From NCBI GenBank assembly GCA_035221665.1, contig CM069133.1, forward strand, positions 144,770,001 through 144,834,000: a stretch of 64,000 bases of DNA, read 5' to 3'. Source of the stretch: Okamejei kenojei. Its lineage: Eukaryota. Of this stretch, positions 25,171-38,634 are shown one piece after another; within the stretch, counting starts at the first letter, position 1; every line of letters starts with the position of its first letter. The notes beneath the pieces were generated by a model that was not told the DNA's origin, ran no database searches, and saw only the letters and a program-made list of their open reading frames with translations. Both the position numbers and the translations under genes were made by a program.

Positions 25171-27210
25171 TGGTTTTTGTATTCTGATCTACAGGATGCA
25201 TGAAACCAACATGTTTGCATATATTGAAACTGCTCAATCATATGAACATGCACATCATAACAATTTTTACTTCAAAGATAGTGTTTTGTTTTACTTTTTC
25301 AAAGAGCAAGAACAGATTTTTTAAAGTTGCTTAATTTGCCATCTCAAAAGCAGTCATCACCACTCAGGTCTGTCAACATCATACAGCCAACAGTCGGCAT
25401 CAAAACAGTAAGCTGAGCAGAGAACAATACCATTCAGCCAATGATACCAGTGGATTCATGGTTTATCTATTAGGTGCTATTGTCTTTATTCCCTCTTTTA
25501 ATTAATTTATTTTCAAATATTTACCCACTCGATAGACTCAGCTCCCACCATTGCTTCCGGTCCTCCAGTTATTGATTTACCAACTTGTTGATAAGTTTTT
25601 TTCTGGAGGTTATCAAAACTCTTCATACCTTTGTTGGCTTCAATGTAATAAAAATGTACTAATATTTTCTCAGAATCAAGACACATCATTGTCACCCTTT
25701 AAGTATATTTTTCCATAGTTGCCTCATATACGTCTGAAATTACAGGATTCCAAATCTTTAAGGTGCAAAAATTATTTACACGTGCGTTTGGAATCAAGAG
25801 ATGAATGAAAACAAATGAAATATGTGGCAGGATACTGCAATTATGTCATTTATACTGATATATGTAACTCTTCCCGCTCAGTCTGCACAGTATATATCGA
25901 AGCTCTAAAGGGAGTAAATACCAAGTGAGGAATATTAGAGATGAGAAAAATAAAGGACCAACATTTTGCCATTAAGTTTCAAGGAGGCTTAGTACAAACA
26001 TGAAGTCGGTGAAAGGTTAATAAGGATGATAGCTGAGAGCTCAAGGTACTTCATACCACGTGACTCAAACGATGATTATAAACTTCTTTTTAAGGAAGTA
26101 TACTGCGTGACATATACAGCATTCAGTCCTGCAAAATAGGATAACGCAGAATATTGGTTTATGAATATTCACAGCTGTTAGGGTCACTATCTTCTGTTTT
26201 CACACTAGAAATCTTTTTTCATTGTTTTTAAGATAGGCCATCTTCTCTGATTACTTTATTTATTTATTTTTAAATACTGGTATTAATAGACCTATTATTC
26301 TCATGTTTTTATAATTAAAGTATCCAAGAGATCCATATGCTCTTAAACGCGAAAAGATAGAAATTGCTATTGTCAAATTTCATAATTAAAAATTGTAATT
26401 CTTTATTTGTTCTATGTAGACACCAAACGAGTGTACAATGCAGACGATACTGCATTGCACATGTCACATGAACAACAAAGGAGGACTTTTTGACATATTT
26501 AAAGTGGAACTAGTAAACTAATACTTTAACAACACAGTGCCTAGATTCCACTGCTAAGACCATTAGTAAGGATTCAGATGTAGATTTTCAGGAACAATAT
26601 GCACTTATTTGGGAAGAAATGAAATTATGTTTACTCTTATCAATGCAATTAGGTTTTGAGACTTCAGTGGATGTGAATTCAAACATTGAATTCTCTAAAC
26701 TGCTGTGAGATTCCTAAATGTGATTCTGTCACCCTGATTCAATCCAGGAAAGTCCACCAGTGGAATTTCTCAGTACGTACGCTGTGGAATTGGAGCATGA
26801 ACCAGTGCCAAGTATTTTCATTGCACTTGGCTTTGCCATCAGCCCATGACTCTCTCGGTCTTTTCAAGTGAATAAATAACCCTGAGCAAAGCTTTTGCAT
26901 GATTCTATAACTTGCCAATTAGGTCCAGCAATCTTACATCTTGCACATTCTCCCTTATTCATGGCAGGTAAGTGTGGGATGAGTGCTTATCACTGCAGAG
27001 ACTGCAGTCATTAACTCCAGCAAAATCAATACCAATGATGAATACGGGTACGTGGCTTTATAATAATTTACGCAATTAATTTACAGAAATGTAAGATATT
27101 TAAACTTTTTACAATGTCCATTCTTAAGACATTTTCATTTTTTTTTACTTAAAAAAAGATATTTAAATGTTTCTGAGGTATTCTGAAAGCAGAATCTCAG
27201 GATATTCCCA

Positions 27211-27542
27211 ATGTTCCCAATGTCGGGCGAGTCCAGAACCAGGGGCCACAGTCTTAGAATAAAGGGGAGGTCATTTAAGACTGAGGTGAGAAAAAGCTTT
27301 TTTACCCAGAGAGTTGTGAATTTATGGAATTCCCTGCCACAGAGGGCAGTGGAGGCCAAGTCACTGGATGGATTTAAGAGAGCGTTGGATAGAGCTCTAG
27401 GGCCTAGTGGAGTCAAGGGATATGGGGAGAAGGCAGGCACGGGTTATTGACAGCGGACGATCAGCCATGATCACAATGAATGGTGCTGCTGGCTCGAAGG
27501 GCCGAATGGCCTCCTCCTGCACCTATTTTCTATGTTTCTATG
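27211..27542 (+). mobile_element. CR1 3' fragment
   Basis: SRTRGHSLRI..FFTQRVVNLWNSLP followed by a TTCTATG tail. Confidence 0.93.
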
Positions 27543-27556
27543 ATATGCCACCTTGC

Positions 27557-27750
27557 TGGCCCTGTCTCACGGTGGGAGTTGACCCACGAGGTACCCCGAG
27601 TGAAAGACTCGTGGTTGTGTACGAGACTACAAGTTTATGATCAAGTGTTTAACCGAGTTCCCACGGGTATGTCATTCCTGCGACGTTCCAACTTTCTCTC
27701 CCGAGTTACCAAGTTCCTTTCCCGTTACTCTTGTGCCAACCGTGAATGAA
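27557..27750. mobile_element. Left end of a Harbinger-type element (CTGTCTCAC family)
   Basis: TGGCCCTGTCTCAC..GAGTTGACCCACGAG..ACCCCGA..ACTCGTGGT; inverted counterpart at ~30713-30773. Confidence 0.6.
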
Positions 27751-28851
27751 GGTATGTTTTAATAAGCAACAGTGTTAAAGAAGACATCTCCATCCTGCGG
27801 CTTTGAGTTAAAGATAAATTCAGCGCGGCCGCATCTATTGATATGACCTACAAAGGGAAAATGCGTACCGTCCAGTGCCAGAGCAGTTATACTTATGATT
27901 TGTTTGAAACACACATCACATAGTTAGAAGACCAGCGGGCGGAGGTTTGTTATATTTTAATTGAATTTACTGCCAGGTCTACATACTGGGGGAGACGGGA
28001 GATGAAATCTTTGAATGTGGACGGATGTCTCCGCGCCTGCTCGTTCTAAGCGGAATATATTTTTAGTTGCCTTTCAAGCCTGGCTTTGGTTTTATTCCTT
28101 GTTTTTGTTTATTCACACACACTTTTCGTATGTGAGGGTGTGAGAAGTCCATGCCGGGTGCCGGCCGGCCGCAGCCGCTGTTCTTTCACATCAGTTGCAC
28201 ATCAGATTGTTGGGAGACGGAGCTCAGGGTTCGCCTCCTGAGCTGCTTTGGTGCCCATGCGTGAATTTAGGTGGAGGGAGGTTGGGGGGGCGACATTAAT
28301 CTGTCTGGGGTGAAAAGGCTCTTGGGTTGTCCCCATGAGTGGTGTGCGAGGGAGGGTTAATTCTCTCCGATCTCTCTCAAGCCCCAGACAAGAACAAAGG
28401 AAACCTCTCTTGCCACCGCGTACAAGCCCTTTGTATTTAAATTTGCTGCTGATGCGCACACGCACTCTCTCTTCCTCTCTCCCTTTGCTCTCTCTCACTG
28501 CAGCTCAGAGCCCCACCTCGCCATCCAATAGTGGTAACATTCACATCGGGTCCCCTCCATGCCCACACCCCCTCTCTCCAACACCCACCCCCCCCAACCC
28601 CCCAAGACAACAGGCAGTGTGAGAGACAGAGAATTTGTAGGGTGTTGGTTTTGTATAAGGTTTTCTTTTTAAATTATTAGCCAAGGTCGCATTTACTTAT
28701 TTTAAACAAAAGCTTGGAGCGCTTGACAATACTTTTCCTTTCTCTTTGTGCTCGTTTTCAGAAGGGTTCGTTGCCCCCTTTGAACCAAGCCCTGCGAGAT
28801 GGAGGGAGGGGAGGTGTGAGTGAACAAGAGCGCCGAGGAGGAGAGGGAAAT

Positions 28852-28887
<36 letters not shown>

Positions 28888-29236
28888 AGAAATAGGGAAG
28901 AAGTTAGTTGTTCAGATCAGAAGCCTGTAGGCTGGGAGCCATGATGGTGAAGAGCGCACCCAGTTCTTCTGAGGAGTGCATAAGAGACATCAATCGGAAG
29001 CAATGTTCCCTCTAGAACCACAACTGAAACCGTGTTCCACATCACCTCCTCTTGGCCGTCTTGGCCGGACCGCAAGACCCAGGGTTACTGGTCAGCGCTC
29101 TCGCCACAAATTGAATCTCAAGAGGGCAATGCCAATAAAAAGTGCGGCATCTCCTAAAAGATGCCTAAACCTCTCTCTCTCTCCCTCCCCTCTCCCTCTA
29201 GACTGTCTGTGCAGATGGCAGCAAGAAAGGAATAAA

Positions 29237-29970
29237 GTGTAGGAAAGGAACTGCCTGCAGATGCTGGTTTTAAACCGAAGATAGACACAAAAAGCTGGAG
29301 TTAACTCAACTGGACGGGCAGATCTCTGGAGAGAAGGACTGGTGACGTTTCAGGTTGAGACCCTTCTTCGGAGCTGGTTAGGGATAAGTGGAACGAAGAT
29401 ATAAACGGTGATGTCGAAGATACAGAACAATTAATAAAACATACGCAAAATAAGTAACGATGATAAACAGGAATAAAGTCAGGCAGTGCGTCTGGAAGCA
29501 TTAGTTTCACATCTGAAGGGCATCGCCGCAATAACCGAGTGCTGCCTTTGTTTAAAGTAATCGCAGCAAGAGATAAGAACAAAGTGTGCAGATACAAAAC
29601 ACTGGAGTAACTCAGCAGGACAGGCAGCATCTCTGGAGAGGAAGGCATAGGTGACGTTTCCAGGTTGAGACCCTTGTTCAGACCCTCGGTCCTGCTCAGT
29701 TACTCCAGCATTTTTTGGTGTAAACATGCATCTGCATGTTCCTTCCGACACAGTGCACATAGCGCATTGGTTGACCCCTGATCAACGCCCTCTTCTTCAA
29801 TATTCAGTGAAATTTCCAGGGCTGCTGCCTGGCCCTCTGAGTTATTCATTGAAAGTCCAACGAAGACACTAATCGAACACAGAGCGCTGGAGTAACTCCG
29901 GCAGAGTTCTGGGCAGCATCTCTGGAAGAAGGAATAGGTGACTCTTCGGGTCGAGACTTCTTCAGACACT
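29237..29970 (-). mobile_element. Cluster of Penelope pLTR/tail fragments
   Basis: Three reverse-complement hammerhead-tail motifs (GGTGACGTTTC.GG.TGAGACCCTT) at ~29341, 29650 and 29937, plus one forward tail at ~29690. Confidence 0.75.
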
Positions 29971-30479
29971 GTTGGCCATGATCCGACGCGTAACCGGAAC
30001 GTGGCACATCATAGGTAAGGTAGGGAGAAAACTTCAAGTCAAGATTTTTATAACAACTTGGTGTTTACATAGCTTCCTTCCTGTTGTAAACAACAACAAA
30101 ACCGGCCCAGTGGTGCCTCAACTAACCGAAGATTGATATTAGAGCATTACCAAAAAGTTTGGCCTTGAATGTGGGACTACAGAGTCCAAACATTGAAAAG
30201 ACGGCGAGACAAATGCTGGAGCGACTAGCTCAGCGGGCCAGGGCAGCAGCCCTGCAAATATATGGATAATAGGTACAAGTGTAGGAGAGGTGTACTGACT
30301 GTGTGGGCAGGACACTTTGGTAGTGATTGCCCACCAGTCTCAAAAAAGCGCTGTGTCTCCCTGTCCCTGGGATAGCAGGGGGCGATCAAACAGCACAATA
30401 CCCCCCTATTCATCCCGTCACCCAATTCCTTCTCTCCAGAGATGCTGCCTGCGCTGAGTTTAAAGAGTGCCCATGGTAG

Positions 30480-30773
30480 ACTCACAGATCACTACGATAA
30501 ACCACATGCCACTACGTATATTACAACGAGTTTATATGTTCCCATTTTTTACTTGAACAGTAAAATTTGACTTGTGGAAAAAATCAAACATGTTTGAATT
30601 TTCACGAGTTAAACAAGTTTCACGGGTACCTGACGTTAGCGCCACGAGTCCCCGACTAAGTTGCTCGCTTGCGGAGTTCCGAACGTTCCCAATACGTGAA
30701 TTGTACGTGATTACCACGAGTGAAAATCGGGGTCAACTCGTGGGTCAACTCGCTCACGTGTGAGACAGGGGTT
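30480..30773. mobile_element. Right end of a Harbinger-type element (CTGTCTCAC family)
   Basis: ACCACGAGT..TCGGGGTCAACTCGTGGGTCAACTC..GTGAGACAGGGGTT; internal CACGAGT repeats. Confidence 0.65.
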
Positions 30774-31957
30774 TGAGTCTAAGGTATTGCAAATTGTTGT
30801 ACTGGAGGGCCGGATACAACGGCCCCACAAGCCTTCACGTTGACTGGTTTGGGAGGGTCGTGGAAGGTAAACATGGCAAGGAAAATCCTGCCGGAGCAAC
30901 ATAATCCGGGGATTAAATCAAGCATAATCTGACCTGTTATGTTTGCTATGCTTCTTGGTTAATGACAGTGAAATTAAACCAGCTACAGAGTTAAAACTTA
31001 TCTAACTATTGATTTGTCTTGCTCCAATGATTAAAAACATTGTGGTTGGGATTAATCTTATTTTGGGTGATAGATAATCAATAGTTTATTTTACACCCGC
31101 CCAAATTTGTTCCCGATCCATTGTACACCTTGTTTCAGCTTCACACTACCGTGCCTTAATTATACACTAAATAACACAAACGTTGCTGAAGGTTTCTCAA
31201 CAACAGAGGCTAGGCTGCAGAAAAACAGATGGTGTCTAAATGCTGGAACTGCATAATAATGTTCTAGTTTGCTCTGAATGCTAATTGCAACAACCTTCAC
31301 AGACAGTACAGGTCAATACTAAGCTGAAAAGCACCACAATATTCCTTCATGGTAGTCCTTTAAACTGCAAAGAGAATTTCCCAATACAGAAAGAATACTG
31401 TTAAACTCTGTGCCATCAGTTGCAGCTATTAATCACAACTGAGATTGCAAAGTGACACAGCTAAACGAGCAGTCCTTCAGATTAAATATTAAAGCAAGAT
31501 TTTTCTATTTCATTATGGATGAATTCAGTGTGGATGAAAATATTGCGGGAATTATTTGTGGAGCAAGAAAGCTCATCTAATATCTCCGTTAACATTCCAC
31601 TTTCAAAACCGGTTAGGCCTTTATTTATTTGTTGCAGATGCGATAAAGATGGTGGGGCTGGCAGATGCAGGAAAACAACAGTGTCGGGAAGTGGGCTGAG
31701 GCTCATTTGGCTCCAGTGCCACTTCAAGTGGCCGAGCGCGTGGATGGGAAGCAGCCTGCATCGCCTGGCCAGGCTGACCCTGCGCACAGTGCTGCCACCT
31801 GGACAAAGAGCCTTATGACCAAGTTAATATTCAACATTTCAACAACTTTGGACTTGAATCGTACAAATGGCACCAGAAACGTGGCAACTCTTGTGTAATG
31901 TTTCAGTGCAATCTACTATTCATGCACTCTTGTATATAATAATGCAATTTACAGGAC

Positions 31958-32093
31958 AATAGACAATAGGTGCAGGAGTAGGCCATTCGGCCCTTCGAGC
32001 CAGCACCGCCATCCAATGTGATCATGGCTGATCGTCCCCAATTAGTATCCCGTTCCTGCCTTCGCCCCATATCCCCGGAATCCGCTATCTTTA
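31958..32093 (-). mobile_element. CR1 3' end
   Basis: CAATAGACAATAGGTGCAGGAGTAGGCCATTCGGCCCTTCGAG. Confidence 0.88.
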
Positions 32094-32790
32094 AGGAGAC
32101 AAATGTTTCTCCAAAAGCTAGTAAATTAGTCATGCTCGTGCCCATGCACCCTACACACTTCTGAATCCCTCCCACTGTTTATTCACAGTAACAAGGGTCA
32201 TTGCCTACTTACTCATGATGGCAATTTCCTACCATATCCCTTCAAAATCAGCCTAGTTTTATGACTCACTCTTCCTTTTCAAAATTAAAATCAAAATTCA
32301 ATAGTGTCATATCCACTGTAATCTGGGTGTACCTTTACTGTTGAATTACTGACTAATTCAGGTTCATTGCTCAACATTACGTCTAACGTGGCCGTTTACG
32401 ATAAGGTTGCTACCTACTCCCAGCATACATACATGCACACATCATTCTTTCCAACAGGAATCAGTGGACAATAAACAGCAAATATGCGCTTATATGATTT
32501 CCCCGTCAGCCAACTCATTACATCCGACATTAAACTGGAAATGATTTTGGTCCGTTTGTAAATTGTTTGCTTTGCGAATTATCAATGGAATTGAATTGTT
32601 TCATTTGAGCATTTCAAACAATGAGAAAGTAGATTGGTGCAGCAGAAAAATCAGTTGCTTTCTTCCATTTTTGTTTAATGAATGAATCATCAAATTGACA
32701 GAATGACTGTTATCTCAATTACACTAACACTGCCATATGCTGTTTTCCTACTGGGTATTTGAAAGAAATGGGCATGACTTTTTTACTCAC

Positions 32791-32983
32791 CATTTTGTCT
32801 TGTACCAATAGCAGCAATTATCACTGGGACTGTCCACTGGTTCAGTATCCTCTTAATCATCGGCACGTAGTTATCTTTCACTTCTTGAAATGTGGTTTTG
32901 TCATTGACGGAATATTTGAGAACAATGATGTCTGCCAGCCCAACTATATTCCGAGACCTATACCAGTCATTGTCGAATAATTC
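32791..32983 (-). CDS. RHOBTB3: RHOBTB3 coding exon 3 (193 nt)
   Basis: Acceptor ttttttttgtcag and donor G|gtgagt. Encodes ELFDNDWYRSRNIVGLADIIVLKYSVNDKTTFQEVKDNYVPMIKRILNQWTVPVIIAAIGTRQN, close to recalled RHOBTB3 DIFDSDWYTSRNLIGGADIIVIKYNVNDK...VPVIIAAVGTRQN. Confidence 0.96.
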
Positions 32984-34347
32984 CTGACAAAAAAAAATGG
33001 TACGAATTGTCATTGACACTGGGAAACCAAAATGCAACTGAGTAGTCAGAATCTTCCCATGCATTGTTTAAACCCAAATCCATGTTTCATTCTTTATGAC
33101 TGCCTGCCAGCGCCACTAACATAAGGAAGTAGTTCATGAAAAAAAGGATTCTTAATCGTCTGAACATGCTACTGTCAGGATCCAGAGTGTGCCTCTGCAG
33201 TGGTCAACATCCTCCTCTCTAAAACCTGCTCGTAAATTAACAGGCAAATTAACCCAACGGACATAGAAATATCACTGAAGGAACGTATTCCCAATACACC
33301 AATAGCTGTCTCTTATTACAACGCTTTTGCAGGGATTACCTGATTATATTATTCTCATATACATGTGCATTGTAAATATGGATTATCATTTTAATTCCTT
33401 AATACTATAGAAGGTATAATGATTACATTTGATAAAAGTTATGACGTTTGAGTAAACTGTCTCTAATATTGGGGAGTGATCTAAAGTTAAGAGGATGATG
33501 ATCAAGTCAAGGCTTCAGGGTTGAGATCAGTGAGTGGGTTTGAGAAGGTTGGGAGTGGGGCGGGGTGGGGTGGGGCGGTGGGGAGGGGAGTGGGGGGGTT
33601 GTGGGGTGAGGTGTTGGTAACCCAAAAATAAAAATGTGTCTCCTCTTACCAAGGTTGTCCTGGGGATTGCCTATAAATATTCTAAATCCGCTTCCAGTCT
33701 CCCAAAAGGAGTATTACAAGAGTGAATGACAAACACCATTTAAAGGTATATTAAGGGGAAAAGGGAAGGAATAAGCCCCCCAGATACTAAAGTGCTCATG
33801 TATGTGCCACGGGCAAGATCTTCAATGAATATTTCTCCTGTTTTTACAGCAGAGAACAAGATTAAAATAAGGGAACGGGAAAGTTAATGGAGATGTCTTT
33901 GAGGACAGTCTGTAATACAGTTGTGGAGGTGTTGGGCATCCTAAGACATAGGAACATGATATATCTACCATCTAATTAGTTATATCCAAGGACATTATGG
34001 GAAGCTAGAGAAGAAATTACAGAAGTCCTGGCTGAGATATATCATTAATTATTAGACACAGGTGAGGTGGTCGAAGAGGGATGATTAGGGATAGTCAGCA
34101 TGGATTTGTGCATGGCAGTCGTGTCTCACAAATTTGATTGAGTTTTTGAAGAAGTAACTAAGAAGGTGGATGAGGGCAGAGCAGTACAAGGCCCTTGATA
34201 AGGTTCCAAATGGTAGGCTGCATTGGAGGGTTAGATCAAATGGCATCCAGGAAGAGCTATCTCACTGGATGCAGAATTGGTTTCATGGTGAGAAGCAGAG
34301 GGTGGTAATGGAAGGTTATTCTTTCAACTGGAAGCCTGGAACTAGTG

Positions 34348-34445
34348 TTAAAGAAGGAGAAGAAGGGTCTCGACCCGAAACGTCGCCTGTCTCCTTCGCT
34401 CCTTAGATGCTGCTGCACCCGCTGAGTTTCTCCAGCCTTTTGTGT
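34348..34445 (+). mobile_element. 98-bp Penelope tail insertion with 15-bp TSD
   Basis: TSD AGCCTGGAACTAGTG at 34333-34347 and 34446-34460; the insert is a hammerhead remnant plus tail. Confidence 0.9.
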
Positions 34446-35097
34446 AGCCTGGAACTAGTGATGTGCCTCAGGGATCCATGTTGGACCCATTGTTAATGGT
34501 CATGAATGGCTAAGTGGGCCAAGGAATGGAAAATGGAGTTTGATTCAGATAAGTGTAAACAGTTGCATTTTGGGAACTCAAACCAGCGCAGGACCTTGAT
34601 TGTGAATGGTAGGGTCTGGGGGAGCATTGTAGAACAGAGGGATCTGGAAAGACAAGTACATAGTCCCTGAAAGTGACATTGAAGAGAGATAGGTTGATGA
34701 AGAAAGCTCCTGTCATGTTAGCCTTTATTGAGTATAGCCATTGGCACATGATGTTACACTTGAACAAGGTGCTGGTGAGGCCACAGATGGATTGTCTTTG
34801 GTTTTGCTCTCTCGGCAATAACAACCCTGCCATTAAGCTGGAAAGAGCGCAAAGAAGATTTACAAGAATGTTGCCAGAATTCAAGAGCCTATGCCATCGG
34901 GAGGTTGGCCAGGCTAGGACTTTATTCCTTGGAATGCAGAAGGCGGAGGGGTAATGTTATTGAAGTGTACAAAATAATGAGGGTAGTAGATAGGGTGAAT
35001 GCACAGTCTTATTCCCATGGTAGGGAATTAAGAACTAATGGGCATAGGTTTAAGATGAGAGGGGAAAGATTTAATAGGAGTTAATTGGAAACTTATT

Positions 35098-35990
35098 CTC
35101 AATTCAATCAGTTCAATTCACTTTAATGTGTGCATTGCACAGATACATGTATGTTACAACGAAATGCAGTTTAGCGTCAGTTCGTAGTAATAGCAATATA
35201 TAAATAGATACAGAATGCAGACAATGTGGACTGAGAGACTGGAGAAATCTATCGGCGGGAATCCGAGTTCAGCAGTGTGATGGTGTTTGTTTATAGAAGC
35301 TGTTCAATCATCCTGCTGGAGCGGACCTGAGGCTCCTGTACCGCCTCCCCCGAATGGTAGGAAGGCAAACAGTCCATGTTAGGGTGGAGGGGTCATTGGA
35401 TGATCTTCCCAGCCCGTCCTCAGACATCCAGTTTTTCCGTGAGGGCATCCAAAGCAGGGAGCGGGGCACCGATGATGTACTGGGCGGTTTTTTCACCACC
35501 CCGTTTAGTGCGCTTCCTGTCTGCTAAACGGTCCCAACTGCTGAAACCATACCATAAAGCAGGTGGTCAGGATGCTTTCGATGGTACACGCGGTAAAGTG
35601 TGTCAGGATCAGGGGTGTACAGGTGGGCTTTTTTGAGCCTCCTCAGGAAGTAAAGAGGCGGCTGCAGCGCCTTTTTGATCACTTGGAGGTGTTGAGGGAC
35701 CAGGACAGATTCCTCTGAAGAATGTGTATCCCCGAGGAATTTTGTAGTTGGAGACCCGCTCCACCTCATCCCCGTTTATATGGATGGGGTTGCTGCCCCC
35801 TCTGTTCCTTTCTTAAGTCGACAATGATCTCCTTCGTCTCTGGGAGTTGAGGACGAGGTCATAGTTGCACACCAGTTGTCAGGTTTGGACCTCCCTCCCT
35901 GTAGGCTGACTACGTCGTTGTCACTGACATCCCCACCACCGTGGTGTCGTTGGCAAATATTATGATGGCGTTGGAGCCATGCTTAGGGAC
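35098..35990 (-). mobile_element. Rex1/Babar-like LINE 3' fragment
   Basis: KFLG..KKA..LYFLRRLKK and LP..GRRYRSL motifs; (TGAAT)-like tail at ~35100. Confidence 0.8.
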
Positions 35991-36839
35991 GCTCCTTCCC
36001 AGCCACTCACAGAGTGGTTGGGAAGGAGCTGCTAGAGAAAGTAGCTGAAGCAGGTACAATAACAACTTTTAAAAGACAGATACGTGGGTAGGAAAGGTTA
36101 AAGGGGATATAGGCCAAATGCAGACAAAGGGAATTAGATTAGAAGGGGCATCTTGGGAAGCACGGATGAAATGGGCTGAAGGGCCTGTTTCCTTGCTGTA
36201 TGTCTCTGTGATCAGATTCAAAATCATGTCAGACATGCAAAGTGCACACACATTAGGGAATAGGACAAAATAACAGGATCTTTCATTTTCACCTTTCTCT
36301 CTGTTGCGTCCATTTTCAGCAATGCACTCTCAATCTAAGTATTTTCATCAATATTTCAATGGGAAAAGAATGGAAATGATATAACTGGGAAAGAAAGGAA
36401 CATGTGGAAGTATTGATTCTGAATCTAGGTACAAAAAAGGAGAGCGAATGTTTGACAATTAGCTGAATGTTTGTTGCATTAATTCTCTGTTGTATACTTC
36501 TAAATTATTGTCATTGGTTCAATCTGTCAGAGAGTAAGAATGGCATAAGAAACGTGGCAGCAGATCTTGGTAAGAAACAGTGTTTGCACATATTGATATA
36601 ATAGCATATTCTAATCTCAATCCTCTGAGAGAAAATGGACAATAAGCAGAATATGTACAAATCCTTCCCTAATTCTCAGCAGGCAGAGATGAAGATGTTC
36701 TGAAAGATAATGATATAACAGAGACCTTGAATGTGACATTTGTTGTAAATCTCAGCTTAATTACAAATGGTCCAAAACCCAATCCATGAAAGCTACAATA
36801 AGGAGTTTCAAAACTCGTATGGACCTTAAGGTAAATTTA

Positions 36840-37156
36840 TAGTTTAGTTTATAGATACAGTGTGGAAACAGACCCTTCGGCCCACCGTGTCTACGCCGAC
36901 CCACGGTCACCCGCTCACTAGTTCTATCCGATACACTAGGGACATTTGCAGAAGCCAATTAATTTACAAACCTGCACGTCTTGAAATGTGGGGGGAAACC
37001 AGAGCACCCAGAGAGAGCCCACACGGTCAAGGTGAGAACGTATAAACTCTAAACAGGCAGCACCTGTAGTCACGATCGAACAATAAACATTCAGGATTGA
37101 GTCAGGTCTCTGGTGCTGGAAGGCAACAACTCCACCTCTGTGCCACAGTGCCGCCC
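36840..37156 (-). mobile_element. tRNA-derived V-SINE (shark HE1-like) with CR1-derived tail
   Basis: Minus strand: GGGCGGCACTGTGGCACAGAGG head (A-box-like), V-domain GTTTATACGTTCTC..GGGTGCTCTGGTTTCC, and tail GGGCCGAAGGGTCTGTTTCC..(TAAAC)n. Confidence 0.85.
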
Positions 37157-38329
37157 TAAGTCATTACCTTCCCTCCTCTAAAATGGGCTTCTTCATGTTT
37201 CATGTCAAAGCTTTTTAAGAAGGTCAAGGCAAACAGTAAATTACATGACTGGAATTGGCCAACTCACGCCTTGTCTAAAACACTGAGGATAAGATTACCA
37301 AACGTGCACACAAATTCATTAAAACACAAAAGACAGTTAAAAGGAATTGTAGCACGTACATTTTACTGACCCTACAAGACATGCCTTTTTGAAATATTTG
37401 TTTACCTATTGTAGAAAAAAATAATTCCATTCTCATGAATGTCTGTGCTATGGAAGACAGAACGCCTGCATTGTCATTGTGTAAAATATCTGAACTACCA
37501 AAAGGTATTTGGCTAATTTTAAACAAAATAATTCTGTACTTTCTCTTCTAACCTATAAATATTCAACTGAATGCAATAGCCTTTTTATTGCCTGACATCA
37601 AAAGTCAATTATGCCTGTACTACTGAAACATCAGAATTATTCCTCATTCCAAGGGACTGACGTACAACGTGAATTTTTTATATAGTGGTGTACCAGCTGA
37701 ATCAAGGCATCTTGGTCTCAATGGAACAATGAATATCATGATGCATTTTTCAAGATCGTTATTGATGAGAATTCATGCAAAATTAACAATGCATGTCATG
37801 TTCAGTGTTGGCTGAACAAGAGATGACTCAGCTATCTGTGGGCCCAGAGTAAAAAAAAATTAAATGGTTTCAGCACGTACTTTTCTGGCTTAACAATAGC
37901 AAAATTTCTTCTGTTGCTTCTTTCATATAAAAAAATTCTAACAAGGCAACATGCACTTTCTTACCTTATAACGTTTCAAAATCAATAGTTAACAAAATCA
38001 TTTTCAAGGCGCCTATTAAATAGATTGCACAATGATGGATGGCCTCACTGGCCAGATTTCAAGCTATAACCTCATGCTTACGGCTGCTCTCAAAATTGCT
38101 TCCCACGCGTCCAAAACTGCAAGTATAAGTGTAATCATTGGGATTATGCCCAAAATACCTGACATTTGAGAAAAATAGAATTTGAAAAGTCAATAGGGTA
38201 TTGTTTCATGAAGAATACCCCTCAGGAACACTTGTGAAAGTGCAATGAAATTCTTCATAGGGGTTAATAATTTTTGAAAGAATTACTTGAAGTTCAGTTT
38301 TGTGGTCTGGAAGGGGGGAGTTATTTAAT

Positions 38330-38515
38330 TGAAACATAGGAAAATATGGTGCAGGGGGTTTGTAGGCCATTCGGCCCTTCGAGCTGCACGCCATCTCCAA
38401 TATGATCATGGAGTTGATCATCCAACTCAGTAAGTCCTAAGAACCTGCCTTCTCTCCAAAAAGTACCCCTGATCCCTTTAGCAACAAGGGCCACATCTAA
38501 CTCCCTCTTAAATAT
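38330..38515 (-). mobile_element. CR1 3' end
   Basis: IFKRELDVALVAKGIRG plus tail. Confidence 0.85.
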
Positions 38516-38634
38516 AGTTTTACTAAACATTAGTTTAGTAAAACAATATATGTTTCATTGGGGTGCTGACTTTCTCAAAAGCTTTTGTAACAGAAAGTCA
38601 TGGAAGCTTGACCCATTTGTTTGTGTTTGGCCTC

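Larger units (their letters stand above)
33720..36205 (+). mobile_element. Old CR1 LINE interrupted by a Penelope tail and a Rex/Babar fragment
   Basis: Decayed RT motifs (SQHGF, KALDKVP, PQGSMLDP, LVRPQ); the 3' end resumes at ~36005. Confidence 0.8.

Noticed and set aside
15715-30020. Scattered strong plus-strand donor sites (GTAAG at ~15719, 21468, 26968, 30015) as a possible antisense transcript
   Set aside because: No linked acceptors or reading frame could be established; expected by chance at this length.
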